64,000 nucleotides of DNA, taken from contig OZ210884.1 of NCBI GenBank assembly GCA_964658305.1, positions 4,030,001 to 4,094,000 of the forward strand. The letters are read 5' to 3'. This stretch comes from Leptogorgia sarmentosa. Taxonomy: Eukaryota. The notes under the pieces were generated by a model that searched no databases, had not been told where the DNA came from, and worked only from the letters and a program-made list of their open reading frames with translations. Positions 35,613 to 50,086 of the stretch are shown here, in pieces; the first letter of the stretch is position 1, and each line of letters begins with the position of its first letter. Both the position numbers and the translations under genes were made by a program.

Positions 35613-35903
35613 CTAGATCCCAGTTTCCAATGTAATATTACCCGAGATACTTTCCGATTCAGATTTTACAGAGGTAGGGACCTTCGAGTACGTCGTTTTG
35701 TTAGGGTAATTCTTGCCATGGTCGATGCCGGCATTCTCAGGTCCATTCATCCCGTTGTGACCCGTCTTCATCCCTCCTTCCTCCTCTTCATCTCGGCTTC
35801 TCAACTCTTTCTCTCTCTTTTCTTTTTCCTCCTTCTCTTTACGACTTGCTTCAGCTGCGCGATGCTCGTTCTCTCGGTGATAGAAATAGTTGAAGTTGCT
35901 CAC
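35613..35903 (-). CDS. KCNA: Shaker/Kv1 channel, last exon (end of S6 and C-terminus)
   Basis: Acceptor TATAG|GTG. Translates VSNFNYFYHRE...TLETGI*, ending in a class I PDZ-ligand-like motif. Confidence 0.93.
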   Translation of the reverse strand: MSNFNYFYHRENEHRAAEASRKEKEEKEKREKELRSRDEEEEGGMKTGHNGMNGPENAGIDHGKNYPNKTTYSKVPTSVKSESESISGNITLETGI

Positions 35904-36758
35904 CTATATACAAAGAGAGTACAGTTTCATTTTAGATAACGATTGTTTTGCGTTCGTAGCAGAATTATTGATTCATGTTTATCATGAAAAAAAAATAGCC
36001 TGTTCAACACTAGCTGAAGGCATGAAAAACTTTTTTTGAAGATGTAATTTGATGGGCAGTTTCATATGTTCCTATCGTATTAAACCAGAGGAGGATTATT
36101 TTCCAACACTTCGGAAGAAAGTTTTTAATTATCAAGCTTGGTTAATTGATTCATAAAAAAAAGGCTCAGATTAGATATCAGTCATGTCATGAATGATGAT
36201 GGAAAAAAACTTTTCAAGCACACAGGCTTGACACGGAATTTTTGTAGCATTTTGCTACTGTTAGCCGTTATACTATAATGTAACAACGACAAAGATTTTT
36301 TCGAGTAGCAACGTGAACATATATGCAGAGAAATTATACTCTACATTCCAGTGCATGATTGTATGGTTGCCCGGATTGTCAAAGAACATTGGTGTGTGGA
36401 TTTGACGATTGTATGTCTAGGAGTATGAAAAAAAATTTCAAGAAAACTTTCACCGAACTTTTTTTGTCAATCCGATGTTGTAAAATCTTAATTCAAATGG
36501 TCACCGTGACGACATCCATTAGAAAAACTTTGCGCAGATCTCATCCTGTTATACGTAGCTTGGACTAAAAGGTATTGATTTAATTTACAGTGAAATGGGG
36601 ATAAACTTTAAGATGCCACCACACACGTACATAGTGATGCACCGACCAGGTATTCATTAATAAATAATTGGCAACAAATTACAGTATAGAGGGCAAACCA
36701 GTAAAATACTGACCAACGCTGTGATGGTCAAGTTCTCTGGTGACAATGGAGTACTTAC

Positions 36759-36908
36759 AATAACTGGCACAGGAAGAGCTATGGTTAGAACACCAGATAT
36801 CGCGCAAAGCGAGCCCACGATCTTTCCCCACAACGTCACTGGCTTCATATCGCCATAGCCGACCGTCGTCATGGTTACCACAGCCCACCAGAATGCTTCA
36901 GGAATGCT
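36759..36908 (-). CDS. KCNA: Shaker/Kv1 channel, pore and S6 exon
   Basis: [62 protein letters not shown]. 150 nt, phase 0/0. Confidence 0.96.
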
Positions 36909-39900
36909 CTGAAATAAATAAAAAACATGGAAATAAGTGGTGTTATTATAGGGATTTTTAATATTCTCTATTCTGATTGGTTAATTAATATTCTCTATTC
37001 TGATTGGTTAACAAACGGTCCGTAAAAAGCCATATCAGGACTGTGGTCCATATTTTCCATATCTGGACTGGTGTCCCGGATGTAATTTATCTGGCGGGAA
37101 ATTTCGCTTCGCAAACATAAATATATAATATGATTCTTTCTATATACTCTTAATTAAATGGATAGTTTATATTTAAACGCATATTAGCTCGACTTTTTAT
37201 TGCCAGGTCAAAAATGGCATGTACATACGTCCTTATTCCGAATTGTTCCATGCATGGAGTGCGCGCGCGGAATTAGGGCATCGCAACTCGCGCACTGGGC
37301 GTCTATGCCCGACATATTACCATGCAGTTATTGGCGTTTAAAGAGCGTCTTGTTTATATTATTTCAGTTCATATTACCAGGGGATATTAACAGTGCAGAT
37401 GGCGGCAAGTCAATTGTACCACAATCGGCTATTGACCTAAAATATGAAACCAGATGAAGTACAGCTTATTATTTTCGTCAGGATGAAATCTCAATGAAGA
37501 TATGAATTGATAAGATCACGCCAAAAATTTGTTTGATACAGGAAAAAGTTTTTCGAAAGATTTGCTAGTAATTGTCAATTGTTAGCAAATTGTCAATTTG
37601 CTGCGTCAGGGCACCTATAAGATGTGTGCAACCGAACGCGGCTCTGTTCTTCACTATAGGTGCTCGCATTTCGCAGGATCTCGTTTGCGTTGCCATTGTG
37701 CTTCCCTTAATGGGTGCATTATGCAGTGAATATCCGGCACAGTAGGCAATTCTGTTATCTTCGATCTCATGGGTAGATATTGACATGAGCACATGCATGA
37801 ATTTAAAGTTATTTTCATTCCCGAATCGTTCTAGAATTTTCGCTATTATGTCTATACATGATTGCTAATCATTTAAGTGTTTCTGTTCATGTGGAATAAA
37901 TCACAGTGAAAGACGTGTTTCTCGAAACTAAACACGTGATCATAGAGACAACATTTTCAAGCAAAAATGCCCGCGTTCTTTTCAGGTTTTCGTTTCAGTT
38001 GCATTGCTCAAGAATTGAAAACAGACTTCTGTTTTAATTACTGGATTACGTGCATGTTTAGAAACACAATGACGTCATATAGTAAGCAGTCGAAAATAGG
38101 CTGCATGATTAAAATGCAATTCTTAGGACTTATCGACGGTATTTCTGTATGCCGTGATTTTGTCCTAAAATATACTTGTCTTTCATGTTGGACTGAACTA
38201 CAGTCCTTGTGTGGACAGAAAAACAACGTTAACACAATTTAAAGCACTACTTATATCGGCACTTTTGCACGTGGCATTTCGCTAGTATAGACAGGAAAAA
38301 CACGCATGAATGGTCGAATGATATAGAAAATAACAATTTGTGCATGTTGTAAGCATCGAGGGGCAGTTGTTATTAAAGTAATATACCACACATACACGAG
38401 GAGTCATAATACATTTTCAGGTTTCGTAATTACAGATTCTGGTTTGCCACATAAAGTCAAGCCGCGAAAAATTCTCTCACAAAAAAAACAATCCCTTCTT
38501 AGGGAAGCTTGAATCGCTGCAGCGTGCATAAGGTAAAAAATAATCCAAAATGTTTCATATTGTGAAAGCTAACTTGGTTACCGTAGTATAATCACACAGT
38601 AGCTTGGTGAACTCTGTCAATTCAAAGAGTTCTGTCATAAGCTTCAATTTCCCTGCAATTCTATATACAGTTTATGGAACTTAATTTGTGAAGAAAAATG
38701 CAATGAAGACGCGTATTTTCACGTTTTCAGGAAAAATTGCATCGTGTGATGTGGCCGTTAACTTGAGTGCTAATTATTATGATTGCTTTTCGAAATTAAA
38801 CGGCTACCTGCAAAATATCCCGCGACCCGCCTTTCGTCTTGGCGGTATGATCAAACTAAGGGACCTGCACCGGTTTTATGCATGTGGTCCCAATTAAACG
38901 TTCGATTAACAAGGTAAAGGTCATAAGATATTTAAAAATCCATTATATTTAATTAGTGCTTCCAGCAGAAACTTACTACAAAAACTATATATATAAAGTA
39001 AGGGATATAGTTGGAGCTGAACAATATCACGGGTTCTTAGTAGAGCACTGACAAAATGTCTCCTGCTTTTGCGCTTGTTTTTTATATTCCAAAGATTGCC
39101 TAGTATATACCTATGTATACTTGCTATTCTTCAGTTTCCTATACACACATTGAATTTTATATTCAACGTGCAAATGGCATTATACTTAGTGCATCACAAT
39201 GTATATAATCAGTGCATGGGTATCAGAATAATTATGAGATCGACTAAAACCGCTTCGATTCCATTAAACTATGAATATTTATTAGACTTTGTATTATTTT
39301 GTGTGTGGACTATTCCTACCGATCTCGTAAAAAAATTGCCTTTCAAAAAAGTGTGACTAAAGACTTAGTTGGCATGCATTTGCAGAAAGTTGAATGTTTA
39401 TGCAGATATATGTTTTTATAATATAAGTAGGACAAAATCTGCAACGTGATTGGCTAATGAGCGTGCATTATAATAGCGTAATGCACGCGTCTAGCTATTA
39501 AATTCTCCCGCGACTTTTTGGTTTGATAAAAAGACAATAAAGATACATATATACTAAAAATACGTCCATAAAAAACGTTTGAATTGTTTGCTTTCGCTCA
39601 GCTAAAGGAATAAAGCTGTGTTGCTGCTTGGCAACATTTGAGAACACGCTTGATTACATGTAAAGAGAATTGTAATTTTGATCTTCCTAACGAAGTTTTT
39701 TGTTGCGCTAATATTCTCTTATATTATAAAACAAACAAACAAAAACAAAATTTGGACAAAATTTTGTCATCGACAGAGATCGATCTATTCGTTCGTCGCC
39801 TACTGAACGCTACAGTATATCAAAAGTAGTGGTATTAGACAGAACAGATAAAACAAAGTCACCAACGGATTGAGCATGCATTCATGCAAAGATGATATAA

Positions 39901-42900
39901 ACCGTGCAGGTCAAGGGAACGTTTTAAGATTTCGTGGTTTCACATCGTCACCGAAAACTTTAACGATATTACCGTACGATCGTCTGTATATGACAATCGC
40001 GCTTTTGTAGAAAGGAAGTGCATGTCGCATAACTGATATAAAATTATATAGTTTCTACTTTGGGACAGAGTCGCAAAAAAGCTGCGGGTGTGCGGGTTCC
40101 ACCCGTGAGGAAGGTTCGCTATTTGTGAGGTGATCGAGGGAGGTTTCAGCAGAATAGTGCTAAATTGGTGGGAACTGGGATTAAGAAGCAAGTTTTGACT
40201 AACGCAATTTTTGCAATTTTGAAAAGCATGATTCGCATTCATTTTGAGGAAAATATAAAAACTCAAAATTTTACTCGGAGGAAGATTGAACACTTTTAGC
40301 AACTCTGCTTTGGGATTCGTTAAAACGTTATTCACAAAACCTACGTTAAGCAACTTAATAAGATTTAACTGAAAGCGACATCTCTTCGAAAACGAAACAT
40401 ACATGACAAGGCTTCATAACCGAAATGGTAACAAATTTATTCCTTTCCAGAAACCAATATAGCGCGAACAGATTATATAGGTAATTCAATGAAAGCTAAT
40501 GCCGAAAAATTTAAAGTCAGAATTAATATAGATTATTAGCATGGGGACAGATAATATGTCATTCTTTAAAATTGTGATCCGAAAAATTTTAATTGCGATA
40601 GGGTGCAATGCATGGCAGAAATGCGCAAACAAATCTCCGAAACACGTCATTAATGTGGAATTTATATATGGTTATAGTAGCTATACTCATATTTTTCGCG
40701 GTATCTTGAAAATTTCCCACCCAAGGAAAGCTTATTCCGAATGTCCTTGAATTATGAAAGGCTCCGTGAAAGGGAGATTGAAGAATATTATCGCCAATAG
40801 TAACATCACATGTATATGCGAACTTGCATGCGCGGAGGAACTATAATATCTGCGTGGAAGATGTAAATGGAATTGCCATACTCATGCAAAAATGAAAGAC
40901 ATTCGAGCATTTCCAACGATGTCTTCAGACAGAAATCACCTTAACCCCAGCCCAGGCATTGACGAACCTTAGGAAACGAATCTAACGTTGACTATCGGTG
41001 AGACTAGATATAAGATGTGGTACAACCTAAAGCATAAATGTGAATGGAATTTTCCGAGAAAAAAATAACAACTATATAGCATAAGTTTCCGTAAAAAGCC
41101 TTAGAATACTCGACTCCTTAGTTTTTATTATGTTTTTTTTCGATTTGTTGTGAAAACAGTTGTGTTTTGCTGATGTCATGCGCTGTCTATTCTAAATCCC
41201 AAAAATTATTGTAATCCAATCTTATTCGGTGTCGTTTACATCTAGCTACATGTAAGTAGCGAGGAAAGCTTTTGCTGTTTGTCCATGTGTCCCGCTATCT
41301 ATATAATGGCTTTATCTGAAGTTTCTGGTTTTAACAATTTGTTGCATTTTTCGTAAACGTGTTGTTGATGGACATGCTGAGTAAAATGCTAGTTTTAATT
41401 TTTATGTTTCATTTTAATTTTCATGCACTTCAATGCAAATCTTGCCTGACGCATGTCATACACGCGGGAACAATGGAAAAGCTATTATTATCAGGTATTA
41501 TTAAACACAGGGAAAGTGCAATCTACAATGCAAATGATAGGATTTCATGCCTGCAATGCTCAGCATCGTCATCTTATAAATGTATCATGTATGTTTTGAG
41601 CTTTCAAAAAAAAACGTCTTCAATTAGCTATGTTGTTTTATTTGAAAATTCACGATTCAATAGAAGGGATTAGTTCTACAGTATTTAAAACACCTCGTGA
41701 TGTTGATTGGCATGCAAACAACTTGATCCCAACTAATAGAATAGCGAACATTTTTCTTTGTCTACTTGGAGAAAATTGAGCAATTTTAGAATACCTGAGG
41801 TGCACAGGCCGACAAAAAACCTCAAATATTGGCCGATTCCCACGCACTGTAATGGGTCCTATCTATAAGAATATATAATGTACTCCATTTTTTATGAAGC
41901 AATTGTTGTAGCTACCACAGCTAATTCTGGCCATAAATTCTAAAACGGTTTAATGCCCCGCGTATTATCAATTATAGAATTGCAGTACAGTACATTACAG
42001 TAAGTAACCAAAACTATAGTTTGAGTTGGTCTGATTTTTTTGTTCTTAACATCTTTAAATGTTAACGTTTAATGCATTCATTTTATATCACTAGGAGCTT
42101 ACATAGCTGAAAAAGAAATTCTGTTGTGTTTGGTTTAAAAAATTCATCAAATTGCAACGTTATACAGATTTTGAGTAAAACCATTGTCGAAATAGCACAA
42201 TACGGCATAATACCAACTGCTTGCGGTGAAATGATTTTGTTCGGTGTTAAGAAATGCCATTATATATGTACTCAGGACGCTTAATCGTGGACGTATTTTC
42301 AAAACAAAATGCTATGTTTTGCTGCCACATGTGAAACCACAAGAACATTAAAAAAACACACGTTAATTTTAATTCCCAGTACGATGAACACAAGGCCTTT
42401 CAGCGCTCACAGTAGTCAAATGTATCGATTAATAAAGCCTCGAATTTTTAAAATACATTCACGATTTATGAACTGAATTTCATCGGGATAATGTATGGCA
42501 CGATCATGCAGGTTTTTTCGCCTGAAAAATGATTGCATGAATCTTCGCTGCTATGTGGGTTTAAAATTAACAGGTTTTGACCGGTAAACAGTAAACATTT
42601 GTAAAAATTGTGCATGAATGTTTGAATTTGGTGCAATCGTTTCCTACCCGTTAGCGTTTAACGGTTTTAATTTGGCAAATCTTTGGTAATTTTATTGAAC
42701 AAAAAACAGTTTTTTGAAAACTTCGTCGCGATTAAAGTCTCGCATTTTGAATAAGGAAAAACCCTATTTAGCTTATAAAAAATTCTGAATTTTTTAGACA
42801 AAAAAGCTAAAGCTGGCATGATGACTCAGACAATGACTCGACAGGCCACTGAGATTGCTATGCATAATGCATTACATCCTATAGCCGGCAGGAATAAGTT

Positions 42901-43882
42901 ATTATATATCCCCTATGGCTTAGATATCAGCATTTCGATATTGGTTAAGAGATAAATCCGTTACATTACGTTTTTTTTCAATTTGTATTTTTTTCTGTTG
43001 AATGATTTTTTCCTTTACCTATAGTTGACTTGTAAAAAAACAAAACACCGCCTGTGAAATGTCAGAAAATGCATGAACGCGCTTTGCTTTAAAGCTTCAA
43101 ATCTCCAAGCAACATGCATGCGAGTACATTTGCATTGCTAAAAGGATGAAATGCATATATGAGCTGGCAAAAGAAATGTTCGGAAAGTCTTATATATCAG
43201 CTCTTTCGGCGTCTGTAATGATACATCCGAATATTAAACAAACTCGTAGAAGTTGTACACTTTCAAGACTCGAGCTTTCAATCTCGACTGAAATATGTTT
43301 AAACAAATAACTCGAACGTGAAAATGAATGCGCATTAAAAGCGTTCCACCTGCTGCTGAAACGCTAGCGCCGTATTTCGCTTTATTGATGTTCAATCGCG
43401 AGGCGCTAAAATACGGAAGAAAATGAGGGCTTTGGGGTAGAAACATTAGAATAGTAAAACCGCAAACGGTGAACAAAATATATACGGTCGAAATATTTGC
43501 TTCGCTAAGACCTAATAAATACGGCGGTTGGCAACAGCTAGATCAATCATACTGCATTAAGTATAAACGTTTTTGTTAATTGGGCCATATATGATGACTA
43601 ATGGGTAGCAGTTTGGGCAAAAATGTCAGGCTAGATCACAGCCAAATATATATACGAACGTATAAAAACTCAAGCGGAGTCCGATCAACTGTATACATAA
43701 CTGGTATACATGTTATTTATATAAACTATCAACAAAGTTATGTAACGTAGTGTATGAATAGATGTAAAAAGTATTTCATGTTTTCTTCGTCTGATGAATT
43801 GAGTAACTTAAGAACGTGGAATTTTAAAAGCCATCTCAGAACTCTGTAGATGTACATATGGAAATTGATGCACTGTACTTAC

Positions 43883-45000
43883 CCCGAAATTCGTTCCTTG
43901 TTCTCCTCCTTCGGCATAGTACACGGCACTTGAGAATAGAATTACACCAATGAGTAGGAAAAATATCAGTAATCCGAGCTCCCTTAGACTAGCACGTAGT
44001 GTGTGGCCCAGTATCTGCAGGCCCCGCGAATGTCTTGAAAGTTTGAATATCCGGAAGACGCGAACCAACCGTATAACTCGTAAGACACCCAAGCTGGACG
44101 CTTTCGAACCCTTCATCGGCAGGGTAATATAGTACGGCAATATTGCCACTACGTCGATGATGTTCAGAAAAGAACGCAAAAATACCAATTTGTTTGGCGA
44201 GGAAAATAGTCTGACTATGTACTCGAATGTAAACCAAATAATACATGCAGTTTCGAGGCCAAACCATGGCTGACGAAATCGCTCATCATCCGTCGTTTTC
44301 GTGCCGTTAACGCCGCCGCTTTCGTTTTCCTGTACACGAAATTGAGGCAAAGTTTCGACGCAAAATGTCACAATCGAGATCACAATTACGGACACTGAAA
44401 TAATCGCGATGATGCGTGCAGCAAAGCTCGTATCTGGAAATTCAAAGAGCTTCCAAATCGCTCTTTGCAATGGATGATCCGGTAAGTCCGGCTTTTCCTC
44501 CTCGATATAACCTTCCTCCTGCTCAACTCGCTGTAAAACGTCTTCTCCTAGTTCGTAAAACCGTATCTCGTCCGCGAATACGTCCATGGGCACGTTGGCC
44601 GGCCGTAATAGCTTCCCACGAGATTGATAGTAAAACAATATAGCATCAAAAGCCGGTCTATTTCGGTCAAAGAAATACTCCTTCTGATTGTGATCATAAT
44701 ATCGAGCGCGTCTCGACGGGTTTCCTAGTAAACTCTCGGGGTATTCATCCAGAGTTTTTTGTCGAGTTTCAAATTTTAAACCCGAGACATTCACAACCAC
44801 TCGCTCTTCGCCCGAGTCGTCATCGTTGTTATGAGATTGTGTTTCATCATCGTCGTCGTCGGGGCTATGAAGTCGTGATAACAAGACACCGCCATTTTCT
44901 GATTCCGGTAGCGTACAGCGAGACTTGCCGTACTGTAGCGCTGTGTCCATATTCTTATCTTGCTTTTCGCTCCATGTTCTGTGTCCCGAAGGATGACTTC
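43883..45000 (-). CDS. KCNA: Shaker/Kv1 channel, T1 domain and S1-S5 exon
   Basis: T1 motifs [14 protein letters not shown] and [16 protein letters not shown]4 [22 protein letters not shown]. Donor GGG|GTAAGT at 43882; acceptor TTCTTGCTGTCTTGTTTGTAG at 45021-45001. Internal Met at 44950. Confidence 0.95.
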
Positions 45001-48000
45001 CTACAAACAAGACAGCAAGAAAGCATCTCATTCAGCAATCAACATAAACTCAACGTCGATTATTATCCATTATGGCATTATCGGTAGGTCTTCACGTTAC
45101 AAAATACGGCAGATAACAAAATCGTTTGCCTTCTGGGGCGAAACGTCTTTCTTCGTCGAAATACAAACGGCACTGGACAAACGTTTATGTGCATAAATTA
45201 TTTATTTAGCCCGACATAAACTTTTTATTTATTTATCCTGTGAATAAATTAAACTCATGCCGTTCAGATGTTCAACCTGTGCGCTAGATAGACCCAAGTA
45301 CAGTCACAGCTTTAATACGCTTTCCAGTAAACAGAGGTCACGACTATCATGGACCATTTAAAAGGCGTAGATATCTGAGCGATATGTTGCTATCGCGTAT
45401 GGGCATAGCTGCTCAGCATATCAATTCGCAAACAGCAAATATGTAACGTAGTTATTTTATTAATGTCCTTTTGTAGCGTGAATGGCACCAATGACGTCTG
45501 AGATCTGAGATGCAATTATGAATTCGATAGAACGTATGACAGGGTTGTTACAAGTCATTTCAATAATAACAATCTCGGCTAAAGTTTGTTAAACTGTTAG
45601 ATATGGTTCACTTGGTTATTCGAGACGAAAGCTTAAGTGTTTGTCAAAATTATAATAATAATAGCCGGTACTTTCAAATACATTATACATACATGCAACA
45701 TGCTGTCGTTTGAGAGGGAAATCGCTATATCATGTGAAAACATATTTGACAGGTAAAATACTGCTTGTGCATGCAATATGACCTGTATTTATGATCAATA
45801 TGATGCGTTGCCTCTCCGCAAATTAATATACTCATATGATGATTCTGAATGGCGCGAAATATTTAATATTTGCGATATTGTCGAGTCGGTTTCTAATTTA
45901 GCTAGAAGAATTGCAATTGATTATAATGATCTCTTACAAAGACAACGTGCAAAACGGTTAAAAACAAATATCGGATTTGTAGCATATTCTAGATATAATT
46001 TACGCTGTGCTCCACTAGGTTTCGTATCAATTAAACTGGATATTGTTATATTGTATGATAACAAACTCTCCGTGTTAATGTTGTAGCGGAGCAACATCAA
46101 CCAGTAACAAATGGTTTACTCAGTACATAAGGTCATAAACCGTGCGATACAATAAGATTCGCATCTTGTTGTATGAGTGAGATCTTTCATCTTTGTGCTG
46201 TATATAATAGTGCCGCCATGGCATCTGAGATAATATGTAGCCTGTTAAATGTCGCCACTTGTAAAAGTCATTGAAAGCTATAAATGTACGGATATGAATC
46301 TCAAAACTCATTAACTCGTCAATACAAAGAACTTTTGTATAACATACACCATAACGTCCGATGCCTGTAAGCTTTTCAACGGAATGGACAATATTAGAAT
46401 GGTAAAAAGCTGCTTGCCACCTACTAGTAACATCACAAGAATTAAAGGACTTCAACGGTCAAAATCCTAAGCAGAAAAAGTGTAATAACGTTTATAAAAT
46501 GAGATATAGCATTGGTCATATTTATTAATCATTGTAATCACCCAAATAATGACGAAACATTCCACAATTGTGCCGTTAATTCTTCATGTACCCAAAACTG
46601 AAGTTTGCGGTACATAATTTGACTTGTTAACAAATTAAGATGAAAATAAAAATGACGCTCCAAATTGGCTCACGTTTTTACCAAGCAAAACCTGACGTTA
46701 TACTGTGCGCTGTATACTGTATATATCCATTAAAAACAGGTTTGCAGTTTACAGGATAATTTTCGCTGCTTGAATTAAACGTACTGGAAAGTTTCGTATT
46801 GTTCGGCCGCTCACCTGGCAAAACTGATATCATTTTTATTAAATCAGCTTTGCCGTTTCAATGGAAAAAATATCCTGTGTGGAAACCAATCTTCATATTC
46901 ACGTGTCCTATATCCTTTTTCAGGTGAAAGGGGAAGGCTCATCAGAGTTTCCTAAATTTCTAAGGATTGACCACTCCAATGAAATAATACCTATATTTGC
47001 CTAAATTTTTTTCAAATTTTCTTCTAAATTTGCTTCTTAAAATTAATTTTCTCCAAACTACTGCCATATCACCACAATTCGTATTTCATTCACCTGTGTT
47101 TGGAAGGAACTTATTGATGGTCACGTCTGCAGAAAATCGGGCCAACGAATATGTGACATGAGAAGGATATACGTGAAGATATGAACACAATGGGTCGGAA
47201 CGTACAACTCTAGTTGAGTCGCTGACTTAAAGTAAAATACTCTTATTGTTTGAAAAATTATCTGCTGCTCCTGTTATACATGCAAATTCAGAATGAGCTG
47301 AACTCGGAGCTGAATTCCGAAATACCATTGGCCGTCCATCTCTGTGACATTTATAGAATGTCGGCGACCTTAGTGCTCATATTTATTTCGCGCTACATCA
47401 TCATACAGTATGTCGATGAAGTTGATTAAGCAACAATAATGCGAGTTCAAAGGGAATGTGAACTATTTTAATTTCACAGCAGTTGCAAGTAAACATAGGA
47501 TAACAAAGAGGAACAAAGTGAAACTTGATACGATGGGATGCAGTAAGGAAATATCCAACTGCGGGAATTGTTAGAACAGCCAGGGAAGCGTTTCTGCGGA
47601 AAATAAACAATGTTTTTTCCCGAGTCTTTGTTAAACACTCTATAATCATCCTGCTAATCACAAGCACGTCTAATGAGTGATAGCTACGAGTCGGAGGACA
47701 AGGCAATATGAGAGGCAGCATGTCCTGTAGTATGCCCCAATTCTTTCATTTTAAAGTCAAGAATTAAAGACTAATGTTTGCTGAGCATTTTTACCTCAAA
47801 TTTTCTTATCAAGTATTATACAGCATATATATGGCACGTCATGTCAGCATGTAGGCATGCAAGTCACATAAGCAGATTAGCAGTGCCTACATTTGTTTAA
47901 TTTATAACTTTTGGGAAATCATTGAGGTTTACCAATGTTTTCAGGAAGGAGAAATGGGCGAAAATAAAGGAAAAACTACATTTTGATGTTTGCTTATTAG

Positions 48001-49764
48001 TTTTACTTTTTTCTATGGACTAAAACTAGTACCAATGTACTGGAATATTGTTATGTGATGATACAGTCGGGCAGGAAGGGTAAAGCTTTTTGAGAGGAGG
48101 TGTAGATCACAAGTCGCCAGCAGCGTTGGGGCAGAGAGAGAAGATTTTGATAACTTATATCGGAGTGTCTAGATCGCCATAAATTACATTCTGGACATCT
48201 CGTGGAAATCTTTCGTCTTAATACATATTCGATCTGAAATGCTTTTGAGGAAGAACACTAAAAGGATTGCCGTTTCGTCCTTCAGGTTTTGGTAATTATA
48301 TCAGGTTTGAAATTATATCAGGTTTAAGATATAATTTCAAATCAATACCAAAGTAAGGTTAGTAGAAAAGCTTTTATTTTAGAAAAATAGGCTTGTGCAT
48401 GGTTGTGACTTATTTTAGTAACAGGTAAAGGCGTTTAGTTAAACTATTTTTCATCATTATATCCGCGTAGCCACCTTTGTCGTCGTGGGCTCATTTGTGG
48501 GTGGTTATATGCCGATACTAGAAATCATCAAAGTGTCAGTTTAGCTCACTTCGTGAAAAAGAGGCCAGGTGAGAATGGCGACGTTGTTGAGTATATGAGA
48601 GTTTACGAGAATATGGCTTTTGCTTCCAATGAAACGTCATTTCGCTTTCAGTTGGCAAACAAACTAGAGATCTGTTGTAGTGATATTTGTTTACCCATCA
48701 TCGGTAAAAAAGGCATCGTTTTTACATTATTATTAGTAATTATTTAAACGAAGCTGCTTGAATTATTTACTTGTTAGATCAAACAATGGCTTTGTGTTGG
48801 ATATCATCTCGACCAATTTTTAACCCACCTTTTTGGGTTCAGACCATAATAGAAGTAATCCGCTAGCAACGCAAGCATTGATAGCAACTGCAATCTGTTT
48901 TCGAACAGCTAGGGCGTCTCCTCTTCTCATTGATTGCGTACTTTCCCATAATTCGTTAATTTATTTCAAGCTCTGGGGGATCTGTGCTTGTACAGTTCAA
49001 AAAGACTAGATAATGCACAGTAATGACAGTATATGTACACGTTGGCGTAGGTTTGTGTGCTACTTCGTGTTTTGAATTATCACGTTATTAAATATATAAG
49101 TACAATAAATTGTGGCCATTCCTGAACTGAAATTTCTTAGCAGACCGTTCCTGAGAGTGGGTAAAACCCATTATATAATGTTATACTGGTATGTGTTTGT
49201 GTAATGTTATAGCTCCAGAAAGATGAAGACAACTGCATTATATATAACCGACATGTATAGAATGGATGTGTACAATAGGTCCCCAAAAGAAAGCAGCATG
49301 CAAACATTATTATACACGTTGGTCTGTCTTGGTGTATTATTGCTTGACGTCGTCGGAATTGATGCGCTATTCAACATTAACGAGAACCTACCATCTAACG
49401 CTAACCCATATTACCCCTAAACGTTACCAAATACTGACCAATATAATAGCATACCAAACCGTAAACTTTAGATAATGAAATGATTATTGATCATGATTAG
49501 ATAATGAAGTGATTATGATCACCATTAATGCTTCAGGCCATACTTTCATTACACATGCAGCCTTGTGGAGAAGCATTGTCAAAGGCTGTAATACTCAGTA
49601 TAGGTGTTGATTAGTGTTGGTGTATTGCTTTATTGTTCAAAAACTTTTATTGTTTATAGAACAAATTCCTATAGAAATCAACAATGCAGACTTATTATTT
49701 TTTAAAATAGATACGCCATAGTGAGATAGAAGGAGTAAAACGGAACAACATCGTTTACTTATCA

Positions 49765-50086
49765 GCCTGTTTATATGATCCCTCTTACCCGGGATTCAAT
49801 CAAGCGTCAAATGATCTTGAGGTATTGAAATGAGTCATGTTCATGAAACGAAACAACAAAAGTTAGGACACATTTAGTACCAATCAACAAAAAAGATATA
49901 TTTTACAAAAACTGATGCCCAACAACATTTTGTGTATTTGATACTTCAGCAGAACAAAATCTTGAGCAACCAGCAGTTTAGCAATTTCTTCAAATCATAA
50001 GTTAATAGTTATGACCCATTTCAATACCTCAAAAATTATTTTACGCTTCATTGAATCCCGGGTAAGTGGGATCATATAAACATGCC
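49765..50086. mobile_element. MITE (Harbinger-like TIR)
   Basis: TIRs of about 40 bp: TGTTTATATGATCCCTCTTACCCGGGATTCAATCAAGCGT (49768-49807) and its near reverse complement at 50043-50082. Confidence 0.8.

Noticed and set aside
36959..37012. 27-bp direct duplication next to the Kv1 pore exon
   Set aside because: Local slippage at the edge of a dispersed repeat; it does not alter the acceptor.
43808..43882. Apparent truncated channel lacking a pore (ORF tail VSTVHQFPY...)
   Set aside because: Intron read-through. Pore and S6 exons are present at 36759-36908 and 35613-35903.
45001..45031. ORF-track start [10 protein letters not shown] as a signal peptide on the Kv1 channel
   Set aside because: Kv1 N-termini are cytosolic, and the segment is a polypyrimidine tract plus acceptor.
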